From a virus (Duplodnaviria; Caudoviricetes): DNA of 64,000 nucleotides. Every line of letters starts with the position of its first letter. Position 1 is the first letter of the stretch. The notes beneath the pieces are model-generated. The model was not told the origin of the DNA and made no database searches. It saw nothing but the letters and a program-made list of their open reading frames with translations. The position numbers and the translations under genes were made by a program. Shown in pieces: positions 57,616-64,000 of this stretch. The DNA lies in IMG/VR virus record IMGVR_UViG_3300036713_000599. One strand, given 5' to 3'.

Positions 57616-57727
57616 ACGCTGACCTCTGACGGATATTAAAGCTGTTTGGGTCATATTTTGGTAAATATTAACATTTCTTGACAGGAGATGCACGACGATA
57701 ATTGTACTATATGACGGGGATAGTGAA

Positions 57728-60700
57728 ATGGTACAAGCTGCAGCAATGATCATTCAGAGAAGCGGGTCTGTCCTCATGTTGAAACGAGGCTCAACAGCCT
57801 CATGGATGCCCGGAAAATGGAATTTTCCCACAGGCCGTGTTGAGGATGACGAGTCCGTTGTTGAAGCCGCAATTCGGGAAACAGCGGAAGAGTCTGGAAT
57901 AAGTGCGAATTTCCCTCAAAAGGTCATCACTTTGAATTTTCCTGAGGCAACCGTCACGTACTTCCACACCTTTGATAGCAGTGACACCGAACCAGTTCTC
58001 AACTTCGAATCTTCTGAGTATAGGTGGGTTCCTGTTCCCGAGGTGGTGAAACTGGACACCATTCCTGGTGTGGACCAGGCTCTCAAGGCGTTGAGTGGGG
58101 TGACGAGGGTTGTGGCAAAGCAACAAGCCCTCGCCGTATCGGGGCTCTATGGTAGGCCTGTTGGCCGATTCGCGTCGTCTTTCAACCTGACTGAATTCAA
58201 TGCGTTGGCCAGGGATATGCCAACCCTTGATGAGTGGTTTCATGGAGCTTCCACATATCTTGAGGACAGAGGGGCCAAGCTCCTAGGCTTTGGTATGGGT
58301 CGAAGTGTTTACGCTCTTCCTGGGGACAGAGTTATCAAACTAGCTAAAAGTCAGTTTGGAAGGGAACAGAACCAACAAGAAGAGTTCTCCTACGACTCAT
58401 TTCAAAGCCTGAAAATTTTGTTACCTGTCTTGGACGCAGCTGACGACGGAAGGTGGTTGATCTCACCCCTGGCAAAGTTAGCTAGTAGTAGGGACCTGGT
58501 TGCGTGGTCCGGAGTACCACGTGAAGTACTTCACGGTTTATTGGAGGGGGATGAATCGCTACCCACATCAGATCTAACTCAGAAAGGCAAGAATCTGATC
58601 CGCTTTGCTCAAAAAGAAGACATGGTTGCAGCAGACCTGGTCAAGCTGGACTCGTGGGGCAAGTGGAGGGGTGAGCTTTGGTTGTTGGACTACGGGTTGA
58701 GCAAAGACGTAGCCCGACGCATGAAGAGAACCCTATACAGAGCCGCAGCCACTCAACGAGTGGTGGCTCTGTACAAGAACAAGAAACAGGTCAAGAAACA
58801 AGACGGCAAAGGAACGACGACCGTCTACGAGTACAGTAAGAGGCAAGTCCAGCATCGAAATAGGGAAAAGGCCAAAAGAATCGAAAAACTCCGCCAAAGT
58901 ATTTCGAATCTCCGTGCCCAGGTTGGAAAAGATCTCAAGTCATCGGACCCTGACAAGTTCCTCACAGCACTTGCTGTGGGCCTCATAGACGAGACGTATG
59001 AGAGGGTCGGTAACGATGTGTCTGCGAAGGGCGGGCACTTCGGCGTCACTGGGTGGCGAAAGAATCATGTGAGTTTCAACCGAAATAAGGCGATTGTGAG
59101 CTACGTCGGCAAGTCGGGAGTAAAGCAGAAAAAGATGGTAAGCAACGCTCCCCTGGTGCGTGCCTTACGGGACGCTTGTGAGGCCGTTGAGGGAGAAGAT
59201 TGCCTGTTCTGCCATGACACAGGTAAAGTCGATGCCAACAAGATCAACGCCTACCTCCGGAAGTTCGACGTCACAGCAAAAGACATCCGTGGCTTGCACG
59301 CCAACGAAGAGATGAAGCAGCGGCTGAGAGCTGTCCGTAAAGGCAAGTTGCCTGAGGATCCGAAAGAGCGGAAAGCAGTTCTCAAGGATGAGTTTAAAAA
59401 GGCCCTGGAAGAAACAGCCAAGATTGTTGGGCACGAGGCGTCAACACTCAAGGGCCAGTACCTGGTTCCTGGCCTCGAAGACGAGTACGTCTCTAGTGGA
59501 GAAATCGTGCAAAAGTTGGACAAGTCGGCAGCCGTCGTAACACGTTATCTTGAGGCTGCCAAGGTCGTCCGGATTGATGGGCCTTGGGTTGACAAGATGC
59601 GCAAAGACTTCTTGATGCTCATGAAGAACATCCCGAGAGCCAAGGACTACGATGCGGCGATCCAACTCAAGGAAGGGTTTGACCGGTGGCGACGGCAATC
59701 AGCGGAGTTTTTCTTCAAGAGATTCCTGGACAATTCTCTCAAATACGACGATCGGATCGTGGAAAAAGTTCGGAAAGAGATAGAACGTAACCTCCGCAAA
59801 CCTGCCAAAGACTTCTTCGACGAAGCCTACCTTCCCATTGAGCGAGCCAGCGACTATACTCCAGCCTCAGTCCAATTCGAACGGTACCTTGAAGACGTAA
59901 AGAAGTGGGAGAAAAAGACTCGACGTAAGGCTCAGGTGTTCTGGAAGGCGTTGAAGGAAGCTCTCTCGATATATGAGAAGGGTTGGTACAAAGGGCCGGA
60001 CGCACCGTCCACCCTACAAGCCGAGGTTCCCGTCTACGAAAAAACGGTCATCGAGGGCTTCCAAATTGAAGTTCGCGGCTACGAGCAGAGTGACGATATT
60101 GACAGAGAAGCGATGCCAATGATCCGAGAGGCTCTCAAGAGGTATAGGGAGAGGGCGGCTAAGCGTATACCTTGGGTGCTGAAAAACCAACTCCCGTTAG
60201 TACTGGAATTTGAAGCTACTCTGGACGTAGCAGGACGGTACAACCACGACGGGACAATCACGATTTTTGCATCGGCAGCAATCAACAGCACTCCCGACGC
60301 ATTGACCAAGACGATGGCTCATGAGATGGGGCACCACTTATGGAGGTTGTTGAGCGGGGACGCTAGAGAATACTGGTCCACGGCCATTAGCGGAGACTAT
60401 GGCAAGATTGACGTTCGAGAGCTGCTATCCGGATGGCCTGAAGGCATGTGGGCTTATGAATATGCTGACTACTTGGCGGACAAGGACCCGATTCTATCCC
60501 TTCAGCTAGAAACTGTATGGCCTGGGTATGGTGGACGGCAGGAGATGGTCGAGAAGCAGGACTTCGAGGATCGCTTGGAGGAAGGCTACACAACACTATC
60601 TGTTCCAAAGAACCCAATCTCTGGCTATGCAAGCAAGAACCCCGAAGAGGCATTCTGTGAGGCCGTTGGGATGACAGTAGCTTACGGGAATCGAGCGGTG

Positions 60701-60799
60701 CTCCCACAGGTCCGCAAATGGCTCAACACTGTAATCCCAGGCCAGGTCAAGATAGCAAACATCGTTAGTCGTTATCTTTCGACCCAAGAAGGACTCTGA
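57728..60799 (+). CDS. Multidomain protein: Nudix hydrolase + kinase-like + topoisomerase IB catalytic domain + zincin metallopeptidase
   Basis: Perfect Nudix box from G36. Kinase G187-x-G, K204, D303, D321YG. TopIB R426/K462/R521/H569/Y578. HEMGH (865-869) plus EEAFCE. Confidence 0.85.
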   Translation: MVQAAAMIIQRSGSVLMLKRGSTASWMPGKWNFPTGRVEDDESVVEAAIRETAEESGISANFPQKVITLNFPEATVTYFHTFDSSDTEPVLNFESSEYRWVPVPEVVKLDTIPGVDQALKALSGVTRVVAKQQALAVSGLYGRPVGRFASSFNLTEFNALARDMPTLDEWFHGASTYLEDRGAKLLGFGMGRSVYALPGDRVIKLAKSQFGREQNQQEEFSYDSFQSLKILLPVLDAADDGRWLISPLAKLASSRDLVAWSGVPREVLHGLLEGDESLPTSDLTQKGKNLIRFAQKEDMVAADLVKLDSWGKWRGELWLLDYGLSKDVARRMKRTLYRAAATQRVVALYKNKKQVKKQDGKGTTTVYEYSKRQVQHRNREKAKRIEKLRQSISNLRAQVGKDLKSSDPDKFLTALAVGLIDETYERVGNDVSAKGGHFGVTGWRKNHVSFNRNKAIVSYVGKSGVKQKKMVSNAPLVRALRDACEAVEGEDCLFCHDTGKVDANKINAYLRKFDVTAKDIRGLHANEEMKQRLRAVRKGKLPEDPKERKAVLKDEFKKALEETAKIVGHEASTLKGQYLVPGLEDEYVSSGEIVQKLDKSAAVVTRYLEAAKVVRIDGPWVDKMRKDFLMLMKNIPRAKDYDAAIQLKEGFDRWRRQSAEFFFKRFLDNSLKYDDRIVEKVRKEIERNLRKPAKDFFDEAYLPIERASDYTPASVQFERYLEDVKKWEKKTRRKAQVFWKALKEALSIYEKGWYKGPDAPSTLQAEVPVYEKTVIEGFQIEVRGYEQSDDIDREAMPMIREALKRYRERAAKRIPWVLKNQLPLVLEFEATLDVAGRYNHDGTITIFASAAINSTPDALTKTMAHEMGHHLWRLLSGDAREYWSTAISGDYGKIDVRELLSGWPEGMWAYEYADYLADKDPILSLQLETVWPGYGGRQEMVEKQDFEDRLEEGYTTLSVPKNPISGYASKNPEEAFCEAVGMTVAYGNRAVLPQVRKWLNTVIPGQVKIANIVSRYLSTQEGL

Positions 60800-60855
60800 G
60801 CGGCAGAAGCCTAGGCGGGGGCCTCCGACCTCCCTTGAGCCCTTGTCGGTGCCTT

Positions 60856-61026
60856 CTAGTCGCCTCTTTGGTCTCTCTGCCAATCTTCCGGAAGAAAACC
60901 TCCACTTTCGATCCACTGGTCAAGAGCGTCGAACAACATAACCAAGCGATGAGCCGTCTCTTGGTCAGGGGTATCGTTTGTAGCGACGATTCTCCGTATT
61001 TCTTTGAGGCATTCGTTTGGATCCAT
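60856..61026 (-). CDS. Small phage-type protein, 56 aa (not in ORF track)
   Basis: MDPNECLKEIRRIV...LFDALDQWIESGGFLPEDW with GGAGG RBS; resembles a recalled MDPN...LD.W...GGFLP..W phage family. Confidence 0.65.
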   Translation of the reverse strand: MDPNECLKEIRRIVATNDTPDQETAHRLVMLFDALDQWIESGGFLPEDWQRDQRGD

Positions 61027-61035
61027 AGCTCCTCC

Positions 61036-61079
61036 TACACCGAAAGAGGGCGGCCCTTTAGGGACGGATAGTTTACCAG
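61036..61079 (+). mobile_element. 44-bp collapsed copy of the IS605 remnant ends
   Basis: 61036..61052 is identical to the reverse complement of 41037..41053. 61054..61079 matches the reverse complement of 40728..40753 at 24/26. Confidence 0.6.
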
Positions 61080-61104
61080 AATTTATCTATTCAGCCGCCC
61101 TCAC

Positions 61105-61431
61105 GTGACTGACGAACTCGACATCCGATGGCAACGAAACTTCGAGGCAACCCAGCGGAGGCTTGAGGCCAAAGAAAGGGCCATTGCCTACCTTGGAGGT
61201 AAATGTCGTATCTGCGGCTACGACAAGTGCCCCGCTGCCATGGCTTTCCACCACCTGGACCCGAGGGAGAAGGACTTTGAGGTCAGCTCTCGCCTCTCTT
61301 GGGGAGCGGTTAAGCCTGAGTTGGATAAATGTGTGTTATTGTGTTCCAACTGCCATCAAGAGGTGCATGCTGGATGGCATCCAGAGTATTTGAGCGACGA
61401 GGAGCTTGGTGTGCGGGGCGACGACACCTGA
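61105..61431 (+). CDS. HNH endonuclease
   Basis: CRICG...FHHLDP...KCVLLCSNCHQEVH. Confidence 0.85.
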   Translation: MTDELDIRWQRNFEATQRRLEAKERAIAYLGGKCRICGYDKCPAAMAFHHLDPREKDFEVSSRLSWGAVKPELDKCVLLCSNCHQEVHAGWHPEYLSDEELGVRGDDT

Positions 61432-61445
61432 CGCTTGTTGACCGG

Positions 61446-62318
61446 CTAGTCTTCTTGTTTGGACCATTCAATTTCTGGCACATCTCTCTCTCGCCGTCCA
61501 ATAATGACAAGTTCCTTGACCGGCCCTCTCTTGTCGCCCCTAGAGTTGATGCACCGCCTTGCCGCAACCTCATGAGTCTCAAAGCCGTTGTACAAGTCGC
61601 GGATATGGGCCGTATTGGAGTTTGAGAGCACGACCTTCACCCCTCGGTCGACCAGGGTCCGGAAAGTTTCGGCTAACCTCTTTTGGTCCTCGTAAGTGAA
61701 CCCGTCTTTGGTGTAACTGGTGAAGTTCGAAGTGGCGTTAAGGGGAGCATAAGGCGGATCAAAGTAGACGAGATCGTCTTCAACGGCAGGAGCTACCACC
61801 TTGGCGAAGTCGTCACAGTAGAGGGCAGCGTACTGATTAAGAGCCTCAGAGCATTTGAGAAGGTTGGGAGCATCGAGCGTCTTTGGTGTCTTGGCCCACC
61901 TGCCGTAAGAGACGTTGAACTTTCCCTTTTTGTTGACGCGGTAGAGTCCGTTGAAACACAGCTTGTTGAGATAGATCGTTCGAGCGGCACGTCGGGCTGG
62001 GCTTATGTCGTTAGGGTCCAACTCCCTGAGTTGCATGAACGTTTCCCTGTTAACCTCCCAACACTTCAGCTGATCAATGAGGTCGTTGGGAAAACTACGG
62101 ACCGCGCGGTAGCAGTCGATCAGTTCTTGGTTGGCATCGTTGAGGATCGCTCTACCAAAGTGAAAGTTCTTGCGAGAAGCCATGCCAAAAAAGGCCGCCC
62201 CTCCCCCAACAAAGGGCTCATAATAAGTGCCACATTGTTTGGGGAAGATGTCTAAGAGGAGGGGCAGAATCCCACGTTTGCCTCCAGCCCATTTGAGGAA
62301 GGGGCGTACCACTGTCAT
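61446..62318 (-). CDS. dam: Dam-family N6-adenine DNA methyltransferase
   Basis: FLKWAGGK, YYEPFVGGGA, ND.N..LI..Y, YFDPPY, SNS. Target specificity is not determinable from the sequence. Confidence 0.9.
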   Translation of the reverse strand: MTVVRPFLKWAGGKRGILPLLLDIFPKQCGTYYEPFVGGGAAFFGMASRKNFHFGRAILNDANQELIDCYRAVRSFPNDLIDQLKCWEVNRETFMQLRELDPNDISPARRAARTIYLNKLCFNGLYRVNKKGKFNVSYGRWAKTPKTLDAPNLLKCSEALNQYAALYCDDFAKVVAPAVEDDLVYFDPPYAPLNATSNFTSYTKDGFTYEDQKRLAETFRTLVDRGVKVVLSNSNTAHIRDLYNGFETHEVAARRCINSRGDKRGPVKELVIIGRRERDVPEIEWSKQED

Positions 62319-63523
62319 TGGGATTTCCTCTCCTTAGCCCTATCGTACATCTTCTTCTTAGCCCTATCGTACATCGCCACTGAAACTTCCCTCGTACCAT
62401 CAGGCGTCACGAGGTAGTACGTGTTAGCTAAATCGAGCCTCCGAGAGGAATGAGCCTCTGGACACTTCTCTGTGTTAGAGTTCACCCAAGTGCGAGCAAT
62501 AACATTTCCCTCATCAGGAAATTTGAAAACATAAGTTCTGCGAAAACCCCATTCCAAGAAACCTAGGCATAGGGGGTGCCCGCTTGTGATTTCCTGTTCG
62601 TCGACCTTACCCATGATATCCAAGTAACCAAAAGCTCGACTTATTCTAGGAATCCTAGAGAACTTAGTGTTGCACCGGTACATCAGGAGGCAAGGAGTGA
62701 GTCGACCGTTTAGCCGGAGCTTGACGACCTCGGGCCGAGAAGGGAATGCGGATATATCATACTCCTTCATGCCAGGGTACGTGAAGTTTATGTAGGCGAG
62801 CACGGCTTCCAGCTCGCCCATAGTGAGCCCTTTTTGTTTGAAGAAGGACTCCACTGGAGGAAGGCACTCATCGTACGGGACTCCCTCCAGTGCTTCGACC
62901 ACGATGGATTTCACTGGCTCTTTCAGCTGTGAGAACCAAGAGACGCAGAGGTTTGGTTCAATAATGGCTCTTTCGTCGGGTGCCGGCCATTTCCTCTTAG
63001 GCACTGTGATAGACTCGATTTGGCCTAAAATGTCAGATTCCGTAGTCCGATCCCAACCCAAGGACCAGCTCCTGCTCCCACAATCCCGCGCGAACCTAAC
63101 CAGCCGCGTCCGAATGTTGCCTTTATCCTCACAGTCCGGAACCTTGAGGTGCCACAGCTCCAAATGCAGCCGGAGGAGGTCCCTGTACCATGGAGGGGAG
63201 TGGTTCTGGAACCACACCACCCATTCGTCAGGGCAGTCCCCCCGAACTTTTGACTCCCTCGGATCCATTTCGTAGCTCCGGCCTCCTATTTCGACTTTTC
63301 CGTCTTTCTCCGAAGGATCTTCGAGAATGAAGAGTATGTTCGTCAGCGTCTGAGTCATCTTCTCTTTCTGAGCGGCCAACATGAAGTCGCACAGAGTTTG
63401 CCAGTCTTGTCTGGGAGCGTGATCCCTGAATAGATCGACGGCCCTACGAATGGGCCTTGTGTCGTTTCTGCCAGGTAGCATGACGACGGGGAACTTGTAG
63501 TCCTTGGGTGTCTTAAATTCCAC
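62315..63523 (-). CDS. Hypothetical protein, 402 aa
   Basis: GTG start with GGAGG RBS; overlaps the dam start. A 19-bp duplication (62333..62351, 62357..62375) gives MYDRAK twice. Confidence 0.6.
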   Translation of the reverse strand: MEFKTPKDYKFPVVMLPGRNDTRPIRRAVDLFRDHAPRQDWQTLCDFMLAAQKEKMTQTLTNILFILEDPSEKDGKVEIGGRSYEMDPRESKVRGDCPDEWVVWFQNHSPPWYRDLLRLHLELWHLKVPDCEDKGNIRTRLVRFARDCGSRSWSLGWDRTTESDILGQIESITVPKRKWPAPDERAIIEPNLCVSWFSQLKEPVKSIVVEALEGVPYDECLPPVESFFKQKGLTMGELEAVLAYINFTYPGMKEYDISAFPSRPEVVKLRLNGRLTPCLLMYRCNTKFSRIPRISRAFGYLDIMGKVDEQEITSGHPLCLGFLEWGFRRTYVFKFPDEGNVIARTWVNSNTEKCPEAHSSRRLDLANTYYLVTPDGTREVSVAMYDRAKKKMYDRAKERKSQ

Positions 63524-63558
63524 GGATAGCCTCCAGGGTCATGGCGAGTAGGGCTTGT

Positions 63559-64000
63559 TTATTCGTCTGGCAGCTCCCACGACCTTTTTGGAAATTGAGC
63601 TTCGGCGAGAATCTTTCGGATTGGGCCAAAACTTCTACGATGGATCTCACATACACCAAATTTCTCAAGAGCCTGTCGATGTTTTTTGCTTCCTCCGTAA
63701 CCCGCGTTGTTTTTGAAGTCGTACTCCGGGTACTTCTTGTCGAACTCCGCCATGAACCTGAGCTGAGTCGCTTTAGCGAAGACGGAGGCAAGGGACACGG
63801 CTGGAATAAGAGCATCCGCCTTAGGGACAAGCATAAGCCTCTCTATGGCGTTTTCTCTAACGGTAGGAGGTACGATGCCATCAACCACCACAAACAGCTT
63901 CTGGCCGCTAAAGAGGGCCTCAACGGCCTTACCTTGAGCGAGTGCCTGGGCAGTGTTGAGCCCTATACGATCGATTTCGTCAGCATGCACGACACCGATG
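63559..64000 (-). CDS. rnhB: Ribonuclease HII, C-terminal part (runs off the window)
   Basis: EIDRIG, VVDG, KAD....VSLAS..AK, YP.Y.F..N.GY, H...L..FG....HRRSF.P. Confidence 0.88.
   Translation of the reverse strand, partial: IGVVHADEIDRIGLNTAQALAQGKAVEALFSGQKLFVVVDGIVPPTVRENAIERLMLVPKADALIPAVSLASVFAKATQLRFMAEFDKKYPEYDFKNNAGYGGSKKHRQALEKFGVCEIHRRSFGPIRKILAEAQFPKRSWELPDE

Noticed and set aside
57678-57710. Canonical sigma70 promoter TTGACA...GATAAT/TACTAT
   Set aside because: Spacers are 13 or 21 nt, not 16-18.
57728-60799. Eukaryotic giant-virus origin suggested by TopIB, Nudix and kinase
   Set aside because: Shine-Dalgarno sites, overlapping operons, DnaB, PolA, ClpX, IS605 elements and tail genes all indicate a bacteriophage.
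284-63275. The many short antisense or alternate-frame ORFs in the track (e.g. 52851..53375, 61683..62255, 11236..11742)
   Set aside because: They are nested in longer genes with recognisable motifs and have shadow-frame composition.
63513-63830. 105-aa minus-strand ORF
   Set aside because: Alternative frame overlapping the clearly recognisable RNase HII.
1-64000. tRNA, rRNA or tmRNA genes
   Set aside because: No cloverleaf or T-loop pattern was seen by eye in the few intergenic gaps. tRNAscan/ARAGORN was not run.
1-64000. Prophage or ICE boundary
   Set aside because: No integrase, att-like site or host housekeeping block; the whole window reads as phage.

Overview
This 64 kb window is most consistent with a segment of a large tailed bacteriophage genome. 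It is densely packed, almost all on the + strand, with frequent ATGA/TGATG gene coupling. A predicted outer-membrane protein points tentatively to a Gram-negative host. Bases 1-25.9 kb hold virion and tail genes: an 8x LamG-like fibre, five paralogues of a ~330-aa module, and two paralogous large baseplate/tail-type proteins. Bases 26.2-27.8 kb hold a holin-like membrane cassette. Bases 28.3-38.3 kb hold replication genes: SNF2 helicase, a degenerate DnaC-like protein, DnaB with a mini-intein, a stand-alone primase Zn finger, and a family A DNA polymerase with a LAGLIDADG intein. Bases 38.9-42.7 kb hold a DUF2997/DUF1257/Ycf46-like AAA cluster, split by a TnpB element and an internally deleted IS605 that retains only an omega/reRNA-type end. 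Bases 42.7-64 kb are accessory: 5'-nucleotidase, tandem ThyX, nitrilase-family hydrolase, C39-like peptidase, ClpX, DUF1848, YkgJ, DHH, HNH, Dam and partial RNase HII. The most unusual gene is a 1023-aa Nudix-kinase-topoisomerase IB-zincin fusion whose domains are separated by a recurring V-V-x-R/K-Y-like motif. I found no tRNA, rRNA, CRISPR array, integrase or reverse transcriptase by eye. All family assignments come from motif recognition, not database searches.
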